Of a stretch of 64,000 nucleotides of DNA, positions 9,525 to 20,276 are shown in pieces. Position 1 is the stretch's first letter. The number at the start of each line of letters is the position of its first letter. Below the pieces are notes generated by a model. It made no database searches. It saw only the letters and a list, made by a program, of their open reading frames with translations, and had not been told where the DNA came from. Origin of the DNA: Sedimentisphaerales bacterium (lineage in GTDB: Bacteria > Planctomycetota > Phycisphaerae > Sedimentisphaerales > Anaerobacaceae); assembly GCA_963708075.1 (NCBI GenBank), contig OY970194.1:1312001-1376000 (forward strand). The letters run 5' to 3'. A program made the translations under genes and the position numbers.

Positions 9525-12500
9525 GAAGATTCACGCCGCTCGCGGGCCTTTGCCTGCTGATGGTGCTTGGGCGCTCGACGTATTGTCAGGACTGGCCCAC
9601 CTACATGCACGACAATTTCAGGAGCGGCGTGACAGAGGCACAGCTCGAGTTGCCCCTGGAATGCGCGTGGACATTCAAGACGCTGTACCCGCCATCGCCG
9701 GCGTGGCCCGGCCCTGCCAAGCAGGATTTCTTCCACGACCATTTCGACCTGCGGCCCGTCGAGAACCTACGACTGGGTCTTCCATGTGATCGCGCAGGCA
9801 GACACCATTTACTTCGGCTCCTCTTCCCAGGACAAGATTTACGCGCTGGACGCCGGCAGCGGAAAGGTTCGCTGGACATTCGTCACCAATGGGCCCGTGC
9901 GATTTGCCCCGGTGTTCTCGGATGGGCGGATTTACGCAGGCTCGGACGACGGCTATGTGTACTGCCTGTCCGGCGATGACGGCTCGCTGATCTGGAAGCG
10001 CCGCGTGGCATCCGATGAGCGGCTGATCCCCGGAAACGGGCGCCTGATCTCGCTGTGGCCGATCCGGACCGGCTTGGTCGTTGAGGATGGGGTCGTCTAC
10101 GGCACCGCCGGTCTGTTCCCCGAGCAGGGAACGTATCTGGCGGCGCTCGACGCCTGGACCGGCTCCGTGAAATACCGTCAGCGGCTGGAGATCCTGCCGC
10201 AGGGCTATATGCTCGCCTCCGCTCGGCGGCTGTACGTGCCGACCGGACGGACCAATCCTGCGATCTTCTCCCGCGAGCAGGGAACGATGGAGGGACAACT
10301 GCCGAGTGCGGGCGGCGCCTATGCGCTGCTGACCGAAGATGTTCTTGTGACCGGTCCGGGGCGTGGGCCCAAGATGCTCCAGGGCGACGACATAGAGACA
10401 AAGGACGGCATCGCCACGTTCAGCGGGCTTCGCATGGCCGTTCAAGGGGCCGTGGCGTATATGCAGTCCGAGCGGCAATTGTCGGCGTTCGATCGCGGGC
10501 GGTATCTGGAACTCTCGCGGCAGCGCACGAAACTGGACCGGACGCGAAGCGAGACGAAGAAGTCGCTCGAAAAGATGCCGGAAGGCCGGCCGGAGGCCGA
10601 GCAGGCCAAACGCCAGATCAAGGACTTGACTGCTCAAATCAGTCAACTCGATGCGCAGGTGAAGGCCTGCTATCTCTGGACTGTGGAGTGCATTTATCCA
10701 TTCGCCATGGTCATGGCCGGCGAGACTCTGTTCCTGGGCGGCGATAACATGGTTGCGGCCGTCGATAGCGCGAAGGGCGATGTGGTCTGGACGGGCCGCG
10801 TTCAGGGACGGGCATATGGATTGTGCGTCGCCAATGGCGCGCTGTACGTCAGCACGGATGCGGGAAAGGTCCATTGTTTCCGCCACGGCACCGGCGACGG
10901 CGAGCCGAGAATGATTGCCGAGGCGGTCTCCACAGGTGGATATCCGCAGGATGGGCTCACAAAGAGATACGAAGCGGCGGCGGATTACATCCTTCAGCAA
11001 ATCCCGCAGGCAAAGGGATACTGCCTGGTTCTCGACTGTGGCGAAGGCCGGCTGGCGTGCGAGTTGGCCCGGCGAAGCAAATTGAGGATTGTCGGTGTCG
11101 TGCCGGATGTTGATGCGGCGGACAAGGCTCGTAAGCTTCTCGATCGCGCCGGATTCGCCGGCCGGGTCACCGTTCATCCCTCTGCTGATGGCCGATTACC
11201 TTTCACGAGCTACTTCGCGAACGCCGTGGTCTCAGACGGAACGCTCCGCGGCGGGCAATATCCGGACAATCCTCGTGAGATCATGAGAGTCCTGCGGCCG
11301 CACGGCGGCGTGCTCCTCCTCGGTGCACCTGCGGACTCCGGGGAGCAGATGCAGCGGTGGGGCCAGGCCTTCTCTCCACAATGGAAGACTGTGGATCAGG
11401 ACGGCGTCACATGGGGTCGTCTCGAAAGAGGCGGTCTTGACGGCTCAGGAGAGTGGACGCACCAGTACTCCGAGCCGGGTAACAGTGCCTGCAGCGGCGA
11501 CAAGCTCGTCGAAGGCCCGCTCACGATCCAATGGTTCGGCGAGCCCGGCCCGCGCGACATGCTCGACCGGCACCATCGCACCATCGCGCCGTTATGCAAG
11601 GACGGACGGCTGTTTGTGCCGGGCGATTGCATGGTGTTCGGCGTCGATGCGTACAACGGGACAATCCTGTGGCGGACCGACGTGCCGGACTCACGCAGGC
11701 TTGGGACGTTCCTCGATTGCGGGAGTATGGCCGTCGATGATCGCATGCTGTACGTCGCCGCCGAAGACGGTTGTCATGCATTGGATGTGCGAACCGGTCG
11801 GCAGGAGCGGGTCTTCGCCACGCCGCAACTGGCCGGCGACGAAGCACGCAGGTGGGGGTACGTCGCTTATGATGGCTCCATGCTCTTTGGCTCCGGCTGC
11901 AAGAGGGAGGCCTCCTATCGGGAAACGAGCTACGCTGCCGATTATGCCTTGTGGTACCGCAACATGAAGCTGGTGACCAGCGACTATCTGTTCGCCAGAG
12001 ACAAGGCTGCCGACACCCTCGCATGGACGTACCGAGATGGCGTCATCCTCAACACGACGATCACTGCAGCGGCGGGACGGATCTACTTTGTGGAGACGCA
12101 CAGCCCGGCGGCGCTGGCGGACAAGGCCGGCCGCCTGCCCGTCAAGACCCTGTTTGCCGGCGGCGAGCAGTACCTGGTGGCCCTGGACCAGAAGACCGGC
12201 AAGCCCGTCTTCAAAAAGAAGATCGACGTCAGTCATTTCGAGGAGCCGGTGTACCTGACTTTTGGCGAGGGTGTATTGCTGCTGAGTGGCTCACGCCTCT
12301 TCAACGAGTCGGTGCGGTACTACTACGACGCCTATGACGCAACCACGGCGGAAGAACTCTGGCACACGGACCATAACAGCGAGTTGGCTATCGATGGCGG
12401 GCACGGCGAGTACAATCGGCAGCCTACCATCATTGGCAACACCGCTTATGCCTGGCCCTACGCGTACGACCTCCGCAGTGGAAAGCGGGTCGAGGCGTGG

Positions 12501-12764
12501 AAGTTCGAACGCCGGGGCCACGGCTGCGGGAACATTTCCGCCTCGGCCCAGTGCCTGTTCTGGTGGGGCGGCAATCCGTGGATGTATGACTTCGGACCGC
12601 AGGGTGGGCCGACACGCCTCAATACCGTCTCCAGGCCGGGATGCTGGATCAACATGATCCCTGCTGGCGGACTCCTGCTGATCCCGGAGGCCAGCTCGGG
12701 TTGTACCTGCGGCTTTTCGCTGCAAACCTCCCTTGCCTACATTCCCGAGAATAGTCTAAAATAG
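9521..12764 (+). CDS. Secreted PQQ-like beta-propeller protein with internal methyltransferase-like module; +1 frameshift near 9763-9767
   Basis: The signal peptide/DWPTYMHDNFRSG N-terminus (ORF 9521) joins YDWVFHVIAQADTIYFGSS (frame of ORF 9786) if one base is removed from GAGAACCTAC. Confidence 0.8.
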
Positions 12765-12815
12765 CGGCTGGCAGATTCGTTAACGGTGCGTGTTCGACGT
12801 TAGGTGGCAGATCGC

Positions 12816-13961
12816 ATGTCTATTGCCCGAATGGTTTTCAAAGAGATTTGGCACCGCAAGGTCAATTTCCTGCTTGCGGTCCTCGCTGTGACCACGGCGG
12901 CGGCGTTCTTCGTGGCCTTTCGCACGGCGGCCGGCGCCTCCGAGCGGGAGACGGCCCGCGTCATGCTGTCGATGGGGTACAACCTGCATATTATCGCCAA
13001 ACAGGCGAGCGCGGACGCCTTTCTCGTGACGGGAATTCCGGACAAGACGATGCCCGAAACATACCTGGATGCGCTGGCTGCTCAGCGCAGCATCTCCTAC
13101 AATCACGTGCTGGCGACGCTCGACGGCAGGATGACCTGGCGGGGCATCGACATCATCCTGACCGGTCTGTCGCCCGAGGTGGGTCCCCCGAGCGAGAAGA
13201 AACCGCCGCTGACGTTCAAAGTCCAGCCAGGGACCGCGTACGTGGGCCATCGCATAGCGGGATCGCTCGGGATTCAGAAGGGCGATGTGATTGTCCTCAA
13301 CGACAAGGAATTGAAGGTCGAGCGGTGCCTTGCCGAGTCCGGCGGCGTGGACGACATGCGAATCCAGTGCAGCCTGGCTGATGCTCAGATGATTCTCGGG
13401 TGGCCGGGACAGATCTCGCAAATCAAGGCGGTGGATTGCCTCTGCTTCGCGAAAGGCGACCCGGTCGAGATTCTGAGGAAGGAGCTGGGTTCCGCTCTGC
13501 CGGAGGCACAGGTGTTTCAGGCCACGTCCCTCGCGACGGCTCGCACCAAGCAACGGCAGATGATCCAGAATCTCTTTGCCGTGATGTTGCCGTTCGTCCT
13601 GGCGGCGTGCGGCGTGTGGATCGCCGTGCTGGCCGTCACGAATGTGCGGGACAGGCGGCAGGAGATTGGTCTGCTGCGTGCCCTGGGATACGACACCGGC
13701 AGTATCCTGCGTCTATTTCTTGGCAAGGCCGTGCTGGTGGGTTTGTTCGGCGCTGCTACAGGTTTCCTGCTGGGCACCGGTCTGGGGCTTCAGTTCGGGC
13801 CTCGCGTGTTCGAGGTTACGGCCCAGGTCATGCTGCGGCCGGAACTCTCTCTGCTCGCCTTCTCCTGTATCCTCGCGCCGTTGTTCGCCGTCATCGCCAG
13901 CCTTGTCCCCGCTGTGGTCGCCGCGACGTACGATCCCGCCGCAACGCTGAGGGAGGAATAA
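12816..13961 (+). CDS. FtsX/MacB-like ABC transporter permease
   Basis: N-terminal TM, periplasmic domain, VRDRRQEIGLLRALG motif, DPAATLREE end. Confidence 0.88.
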   Translation: MSIARMVFKEIWHRKVNFLLAVLAVTTAAAFFVAFRTAAGASERETARVMLSMGYNLHIIAKQASADAFLVTGIPDKTMPETYLDALAAQRSISYNHVLATLDGRMTWRGIDIILTGLSPEVGPPSEKKPPLTFKVQPGTAYVGHRIAGSLGIQKGDVIVLNDKELKVERCLAESGGVDDMRIQCSLADAQMILGWPGQISQIKAVDCLCFAKGDPVEILRKELGSALPEAQVFQATSLATARTKQRQMIQNLFAVMLPFVLAACGVWIAVLAVTNVRDRRQEIGLLRALGYDTGSILRLFLGKAVLVGLFGAATGFLLGTGLGLQFGPRVFEVTAQVMLRPELSLLAFSCILAPLFAVIASLVPAVVAATYDPAATLREE

Positions 13962-13963
13962 AG

Positions 13964-14624
13964 ATGCCTAGTCCTTGAGAACCTCGGCAAAACGTACCGG
14001 ACGCGAATTCACAGAGTAAAGGCCCTCGACGGTGTCAGCCTGCAGATCGACAAGGGCGAGTTTGTCGTCGTCTGCGGGCCCAGCGGCAGCGGCAAAACCA
14101 CGCTGCTGATGATGATCGCCGCCATGCTCCACCCGAGCCGGGGCTCGGTCCGGTTCGACGACAAGGATATCTACAGGATGAGCGGCCCGGACCGCGCGCA
14201 ATTCAGGGCCAACAACATCGGCTTTGTATTTCAGATGTTCCATCTGGTGCCGTACCTGAGCGTTCTGGAGAATGTTCTCGTGGCCGGCGGAGCCGTTGGA
14301 AAGACCGACAGGACGCGAGCGAAAGAGCTTCTGCAGCAGCTCGGGCTTCAGCACCGCATCCGGCACCGACCGGCCGAGCTCAGCGCAGGTGAAAGACAGC
14401 GGGCCGCCATCGCGCGGGCCCTGCTGAATCGGCCGAAGCTGATTCTCGCCGACGAGCCCACGGGCAATCTCGATCCGGAAAACGCCGGCGGCGTTCTCAA
14501 GCACCTGCATGAATTCCAGCAGGCCGGCGGCACGGTTATCATTGCGACACATGGCCCCGCTGCCGGCGAGTTCGCCACCCGGACCATCCACCTGCGCGAC
14601 GGAGTGATCGAAAACCGCGCGTGA
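13964..14624 (+). CDS. ABC transporter ATP-binding protein (LolD/MacB-like); +1 frameshift at 13967
   Basis: ATG-C-CTA GTC CTT GAG gives MLVLENLGKTY...GPSGSGKTT after removing one C; LSAGERQR, ILADEPTGNLD. Confidence 0.88.
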
Positions 14625-14628
14625 TCGA

Positions 14629-16056
14629 TCAGTTCGTGTACCGCACTGTGCCGGACTCGTCTACCTGGTAGCCCCACTTCCCGACGTAATCCGAGCCGGA
14701 GAGGAAATCGTCGTTGGTTTCCTTCAGCCTTCTTGAGAGGAGAGCCTCCAGATTCGCCTGCAAGGTGGCGTGTTCAGGCTTGTTGCATAGATTGTCCAGT
14801 TGGCAGGGGTCTTTGCCATTGTCGAACAGCAGCCAGGGCCCCTTGAGGTCGCGGACGTATGTGTGTCGGCGGGTCCGCACGCCGCGGTACTCCCGGCCGC
14901 CTCTCGCTCGCGTCCACTGTCCGAACGGCGCGGGGCAGCAGATCAATGCGGCATTGTCGGGCACGGGCGACTTGCCGGTCAGGACTGGGGCGAAATCAGT
15001 GCCTTGGACAGTCCCGGGAATAGTGATGCTGCTGAGACCCAGCAGCGTGGGCATGATATCCGGCGTGTTGATCGGGATGTCAATGGTCCTGCCTTGCCTG
15101 CCGAGCAGTGCGGGGTAACGTAACAGGAATGGCACAAGGATGGACTCATCCCATGGCTGCTGCTTGTTCTGGCCGCCATGAGAGTAGAGCATGTCCCCGT
15201 GATCCGAGGTAAAGACGAAGATCGTGTCCTCCTCGATTCGGGTGTCGCGCAGTGTCTGAAGGAGATCGCCAACGCAGTCGTCAAGAGCGGCGATATGGGC
15301 ATAATAGCCGACGAGAGCTTGCCGGGCCTTCTCCTTGTCCGCCTCGGGCACATTCGAGCGCAACGTGATTGTCTCAGGCTTAAAGAGTTGCCTGTACCTC
15401 TCCGGGGCGGTCTCGTACGGCGAGTGAGGCGGGCCCCAGGACAGAAACAGGATGAACGGCGGTCCGCCCGCACGTTCGCGGATGTACCGCTGCGCATCGT
15501 GGGTCTGGGCGATGGCGTCATAGCCCTCCCATTTCAGCTTGACGTCCTCATCGCCATAGTAGAACGAGTTGTTATAGGCGTGGGTGCAGCCCAGAACCTT
15601 CCAGAACTCGAACCCCTGTCGCCGCTCGCGCGGGATGAACGCGCTTCGCTGGTTGCCGTCGAGGTGCCATTTGCCGATGTAGCCGGTCTTATAACCGGCC
15701 CGCTGATACACCTCCGCAATGGACACGGCATCGTCCTTCAGCCGTACGTCATTCAGGAATACGCCGTGAGTCAGAGGGTACTGTCCCGTCAGCAGGCTGG
15801 CACGATAGGGGCTGCACACTGGGCAGCACGACACGGCATTCTTGAAGTTGATGCTCTCGGCTGCAAGCCGATCCAGGTTGGGCGTTCGCACGTCCTTATT
15901 GCCGGCGTATCCGGTCGCCTCCGCCCGCCACTGGTCCGCAAAGACGAAGACCAGGTTGGGTCTTCGCTGCGGGGTTCCGGCCCGATTCTGCTGTGGGCCT
16001 AACAGAAGCGATGCCGCACCAAGCCCGGCTGCTTTCAACAATTCCCTTCTTCGCAT
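14629..16056 (-). CDS. Sulfatase (Cys-type) with Tat signal
   Basis: MRRRELLK Tat motif, PNLVFVFADQ, CSPYRAS (CxPxR), GKWHL, SDHG. Confidence 0.92.
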   Translation of the reverse strand: MRRRELLKAAGLGAASLLLGPQQNRAGTPQRRPNLVFVFADQWRAEATGYAGNKDVRTPNLDRLAAESINFKNAVSCCPVCSPYRASLLTGQYPLTHGVFLNDVRLKDDAVSIAEVYQRAGYKTGYIGKWHLDGNQRSAFIPRERRQGFEFWKVLGCTHAYNNSFYYGDEDVKLKWEGYDAIAQTHDAQRYIRERAGGPPFILFLSWGPPHSPYETAPERYRQLFKPETITLRSNVPEADKEKARQALVGYYAHIAALDDCVGDLLQTLRDTRIEEDTIFVFTSDHGDMLYSHGGQNKQQPWDESILVPFLLRYPALLGRQGRTIDIPINTPDIMPTLLGLSSITIPGTVQGTDFAPVLTGKSPVPDNAALICCPAPFGQWTRARGGREYRGVRTRRHTYVRDLKGPWLLFDNGKDPCQLDNLCNKPEHATLQANLEALLSRRLKETNDDFLSGSDYVGKWGYQVDESGTVRYTN

Positions 16057-16082
16057 ACTCTCTCCAGTCAGACCCTCCACAC

Positions 16083-16107
16083 GGGCGAGTGTGAAACCCG
16101 CCCCTAC
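16083..16107 (-). repeat. GTAG-tagged REP-like palindrome
   Basis: Minus strand GTAG-GGGCGGGT-TTCAC-ACTCGCCC in a divergent intergenic region. Confidence 0.65.
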
Positions 16108-16237
16108 ATCACGAGGATTATACCTGGCGGGGGGCAACGGCGATATCTCGGACCTGTATCGAGTCGGTTGACGGAGTGTCGCGTTCCCACTACACTGATT
16201 CGTGGAGCGTGGATCTGACTTTTGTGAGGTTCGTCAC

Positions 16238-17566
16238 ATGGAATTGTCGCGGTTGCTGGGAACGAGTTTCCGCTGTGCCTGTGGAAGGGTGCATGAGGTG
16301 CCGGTCAGGAAGCTTCTGTATGAGGCCGGTGCTGTCGGTGCTCTGCCTGAAATCCTCGGCCGGAACGGCAGAGCGGCCGTTGTCGCCGATGTGCGCACGT
16401 GGGATGTCTGCGCGGCAAGAGTACATGACGCGCTGAAGCAGGCAGGGTTTGGGGTCTCCAGAGTCATTGTCCCCGACAGGGCCAAAGGCGGGCCGATATG
16501 TGACGACACGACGGTTCAGTGGCTTCTCGGACAATTGCGTGGCATACAGCCTGAGATTGTGGTCGCCGTCGGCAGCGGCGTTGTCAATGACCTCAGCAAG
16601 TGGGCGTCGTTCGAGATGCGGATTCCTTACGTCGTTGTGGCGACAGCGGCATCGATGAATGGCTACTCGGCCGCCAACGTGGCGCCGACGATCGGGGGCG
16701 TGAAGATGCTCATCGAGGCCCGGCCGCCGGTGGCTGTGATTGCCGAGCCGGCCGTCATTGAGCAGGCGCCACACGAGATGACCACGGCAGGCTTCGGCGA
16801 CACGATTGCCAAGTTCCAGAGCAACGCTGATTGGATCACGAATAAGCTCCTGCTTGGCGAGTACTATTGCGACTTCTGCGCGGGGATCGCCGCCAGTTTG
16901 GAGCCTCTGTACCTGGCCCGGCCGGAGGATATCGGGGATGGCAAGCGGGAGGCGGTGAAGGGCTTGTTCGAGGCCTTGTTCTGGACTGGCCTGGCCATGA
17001 CGCTGGTAGGCACAAGCGCCCCGGCCAGCGGCGGTGAGCACCTGCTCAGCCATACGCTGGACATGTGGGCGGGAGCCTGTGGCGGCACTCATGACCTGCA
17101 TGGCCGGCAGGTGGGAATCGGAACGTTGCTCTCCGCTGCTCTTTATGAGCGCGTTCTTGCTGTCGATAGCCCCTCGCCCAGAGATTTGCCGCCCCGGATC
17201 GATGAGGCGTTCTGGGGAGTGCCGGCTGTGGTGGCGGCGGTCGCGAAACAGTACGAGGCCAAGAGGCAACCCCTGGAAGTGATCCGGCAAAGGATCGCAA
17301 GCGGGCAGTCGTGGGACCAGCTACGGATGGAACTGGCGGCGACGGTGAAGAGTCCCAAGACGATCCGGGATTGGCTCAAGCGTGCCGGCGGTGCGGTTTC
17401 CGTACGCGACATTGGCTGCTCGCGCGAGCAGATCAAGGCCGCCATCCTGCACATGCACGAGATCCGCAAGCGGCCCACAATCGTAGACCTGGCCTGGCTC
17501 GTCGGCATCCTGCCCGATGCCGTCGACGATCTGATCGATCAGTGGCTGACCGGCGACGGCGGATGA
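16238..17566 (+). CDS. sn-glycerol-1-phosphate dehydrogenase family (AraM/EgsA-like)
   Basis: CACGRVH N-terminus, AVGSGVVNDLSK, ATAASMNGY, AGFGD, PASGGEH, LHGRQVG. Confidence 0.85.
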   Translation: MELSRLLGTSFRCACGRVHEVPVRKLLYEAGAVGALPEILGRNGRAAVVADVRTWDVCAARVHDALKQAGFGVSRVIVPDRAKGGPICDDTTVQWLLGQLRGIQPEIVVAVGSGVVNDLSKWASFEMRIPYVVVATAASMNGYSAANVAPTIGGVKMLIEARPPVAVIAEPAVIEQAPHEMTTAGFGDTIAKFQSNADWITNKLLLGEYYCDFCAGIAASLEPLYLARPEDIGDGKREAVKGLFEALFWTGLAMTLVGTSAPASGGEHLLSHTLDMWAGACGGTHDLHGRQVGIGTLLSAALYERVLAVDSPSPRDLPPRIDEAFWGVPAVVAAVAKQYEAKRQPLEVIRQRIASGQSWDQLRMELAATVKSPKTIRDWLKRAGGAVSVRDIGCSREQIKAAILHMHEIRKRPTIVDLAWLVGILPDAVDDLIDQWLTGDGG

Positions 17567-17579
17567 CGATACGCGTTCG

Positions 17580-17927
17580 CTATCCGTAGACGAAAGTTTT
17601 GTGCTCGAGAGACTCCTGGGCGGCGGTCTTGTCCGCGACGAACTGAAGAAGCTTGTATAGTCCCACCCGCCTGAAGATAGCCATGATACTGGGCGGAACG
17701 GAGCACAGGATCAGTTGCCGTCCCGTCGTGCTGAGCAGCCGGTTCAGGATAATCAGGCCACAGATCGTCACCGAGGACATGGTTTCGACCCGCGTGAAAT
17801 CCACGACGACGTGGCGGTTTACCCTGGGGGTGGTCAATCGTGCGGCGGTTTCCAACTCACTACTCCGATCCGGCTCCTGGGGCAGAGTGATAAGAAGGAC
17901 AGTTTCAGTGAGGTTGTGAAGAGCCAT
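17580..17927 (-). CDS. STAS-domain protein (anti-sigma factor antagonist-like)
   Basis: VVVDFTRVETMSS...LILCSVPPSIMAIFRRVGL; TATAAT on the minus strand at 17954-17959. Confidence 0.8.
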   Translation of the reverse strand: MALHNLTETVLLITLPQEPDRSSELETAARLTTPRVNRHVVVDFTRVETMSSVTICGLIILNRLLSTTGRQLILCSVPPSIMAIFRRVGLYKLLQFVADKTAAQESLEHKTFVYG

Positions 17928-18185
17928 GAGACATCTCGATTCCAGTGAGCGGCATTATACCGCGCCGTGCAGGTTCGTCCGAACGCCATTACTTCGGATT
18001 GCCGCCCTCATGTAAAATATAACCCGGCTGATGCAAAATCCAAATTCGCCGCGAGCGAAATGCGCATCTTTTGGGACGCCTGTTGCCTGAACTTGCCCGA
18101 TTGGCCGTTGCAGGTCATTGCGGCCGACGGTACACTGGCCGCTCCGGCGTCAAACGGTTAGGGTTGGACGCTTGCAGGGTCCGAT

Positions 18186-18731
18186 ATGCTTAAGTTCATT
18201 ACTGACAAGCAAATATATGAAGAGGTCGTCTGTGCGATGATTCCCAGGGCCAAGCGGATGCTCTGGCTGGCTACCGCTGATCTTAAGGACCTCCACGTGC
18301 ACAAGCACGGCAGAATGGTCCCTTTTCTGGAGGTTCTGTCGGACCTGGTTCGCGGCAACGTGGAAATCCGGCTGCTTCACGCCAAGGAGCCCGGACCGAT
18401 CTTCCGCAGGGATTTCGACAAGTATCCGAGCCTCGCGAAAGGGCTGGAGCGGATGCTCTGCCCTCGGGTCCACATCAAGTGCGCCGTGGTGGATGGCGAA
18501 TGTGCCTATGCCGGCAGCGCCAATCTGACGGGAGCAGGCATCGGGGCCAAGAGCGATCGCCGGCGCAATTTCGAATCAGGGATCGTAACGACCGATCCGG
18601 CTGTCATCGGCCTGATCATGGAGCAATTCGATGGAATCTGGAGGGGGTCACACTGCCGGGAATGCGACAGAAAGGAATTCTGTGATGAGCACGCAGGTAT
18701 CTTGTCCACCCGGAGAGGAGAAAACGCGTAG
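18186..18731 (+). CDS. Single-domain phospholipase D-family (HKD) protein, probable nuclease
   Basis: HIKCAVVDGECAYAGSANLT...NFESG; C-terminal CRECDRKEFC. Confidence 0.85.
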   Translation: MLKFITDKQIYEEVVCAMIPRAKRMLWLATADLKDLHVHKHGRMVPFLEVLSDLVRGNVEIRLLHAKEPGPIFRRDFDKYPSLAKGLERMLCPRVHIKCAVVDGECAYAGSANLTGAGIGAKSDRRRNFESGIVTTDPAVIGLIMEQFDGIWRGSHCRECDRKEFCDEHAGILSTRRGENA

Positions 18732-19239
18732 TGAAGCTCAGGGCCGGGTCAAATGCTATGGCTACCTGGACATAGAGACAACGGGCCTCAGTCGTAGCTA
18801 CTGCGATCTCACGGTAGTAGGGGTGGCGGTAATGCGCGGAGCACAACAGCAGTTCATGCAGCTTTATGGCGATCAGATCAACGCCGAGGCTGTGCTGGGC
18901 CTGCTGGAGGGTGTGGATGAGTTCTATACGTACAACGGCAGCCGGTTCGATCTGCCCTTCCTCCAGCAGAGGCTGGGCCTGGACATACGCCGCAAGTACG
19001 CACATACGGACCTGATGTACAAGTGCTGGCTCAAGAACCTCAAGGGCGGCCTGAAAGTCGTCGAGGCGCGCCTGGGCATAGAGCGGCGGCTCCAGGACAT
19101 GAATGGACTCATGGCGGTTCGCCTGTGGTGGGAATATGTCAACAACAATGATATCCAGGCCCTGCGGACGCTGCTGGAGTACAATAAAGAGGACGTTGTC
19201 AACCTCCATGTTCTGCGGGAGAAACTTGGCGTGAAGTAG
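18685..19239 (+). CDS. RNase H-like DEDD exonuclease (RNase_H_2/YprB-like)
   Basis: YLDIETTGL, TYNGSRFDLPFL, GGLKVVE, LEYNKEDV; start uncertain (18631-18685). Confidence 0.85.
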   Translation: MSTQVSCPPGEEKTRSEAQGRVKCYGYLDIETTGLSRSYCDLTVVGVAVMRGAQQQFMQLYGDQINAEAVLGLLEGVDEFYTYNGSRFDLPFLQQRLGLDIRRKYAHTDLMYKCWLKNLKGGLKVVEARLGIERRLQDMNGLMAVRLWWEYVNNNDIQALRTLLEYNKEDVVNLHVLREKLGVK

Positions 19240-19262
19240 ACGCCTACTGTGGTGCATCGCGT

Positions 19263-20264
19263 ATGCTGAACCGGGTGCAACTCAATCGCGGAACGCACGG
19301 CCATATCCGCGTGCTGATCTATGGCGGTGGGGCGGTAGGTCTGGGCATCGCGAGCTGCCTGCTCCATGCGGGCAACGAGGTGGATATCCTCGCAAGGCCG
19401 CAGACGGTCGCCGCCCTGGAGAGGGAGGGGCTGACGCGGACGGGGATCTTCGGCGATGTCCATGCCAAGCCCGGGGCGTTTCGCTGCTACTGCTCGTTGC
19501 AGGAAGCGTGCAGCGGACCGTATGATTTCGTGCTGATTTGCACAAAATCGTTCGATTCGCCTTCCGTTGCAGAAGACCTTGGCCGACAGCGAGCGTGCAC
19601 GAATAGCACCGCGAAACTTGTGTTGTTCCAGAACGGCTGGGGCAATGCCGAGGTCTTCGCCGCCCGGTTCGACAAAGACCGCATCTTCAACGCGCGAGTC
19701 ATCACGGGGTTTCACAAGCATCAGCCCAACGAGGTGGAGATCACGGTTCACGCCGACAGCATCCACATCGGCAGCCTCTTCGGTGTGGACCCCGGCGCTG
19801 TGGAGAGTCTGTGTCATGCCATCAGCGCGGGCGGGATCCCCTGCGAGAAGACCGATGCGATCGAGAAGGACCTGTGGGCGAAGATGCTGTACAACTGCGC
19901 CCTGAATCCGCTCGGAGCAATCCTCGGCGTGCCTTATGGAGTTCTGGCCGAGCATGCGCCGACGCGACAATTGATGGACAAGATCGTCGAAGAGGTTTTC
20001 GCAGTCATGGCGGCCAGTGGTTACAGGACACACTGGCAGCAGGCCCAGGACTTCCTGAAGGTCTTCTACGAGCGATTGGTTCCCGACACCGCCGATCACA
20101 GGTCTTCCATGCTCCAGGACCTCACAGCGGGCAAGCGTACGGAGATCGACGCGTTGAACGGGGCCGTCATCCGGCTGGCGAACGAGCACGGACTCCAAAC
20201 CCCGTACAACGGCGCCGTCTATCGCCTGATCCGGTTCCTTGAGAGCCGCCCCGGCACCGAGTGA
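19263..20264 (+). CDS. panE: 2-dehydropantoate 2-reductase (ketopantoate reductase)
   Basis: GGGAVG, CTKSFD, FQNGWG, WAKMLYNCALNPL, SSMLQD, TEIDALNG. Confidence 0.9.
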   Translation: MLNRVQLNRGTHGHIRVLIYGGGAVGLGIASCLLHAGNEVDILARPQTVAALEREGLTRTGIFGDVHAKPGAFRCYCSLQEACSGPYDFVLICTKSFDSPSVAEDLGRQRACTNSTAKLVLFQNGWGNAEVFAARFDKDRIFNARVITGFHKHQPNEVEITVHADSIHIGSLFGVDPGAVESLCHAISAGGIPCEKTDAIEKDLWAKMLYNCALNPLGAILGVPYGVLAEHAPTRQLMDKIVEEVFAVMAASGYRTHWQQAQDFLKVFYERLVPDTADHRSSMLQDLTAGKRTEIDALNGAVIRLANEHGLQTPYNGAVYRLIRFLESRPGTE

Positions 20265-20276
20265 GAAGGCCGACCG

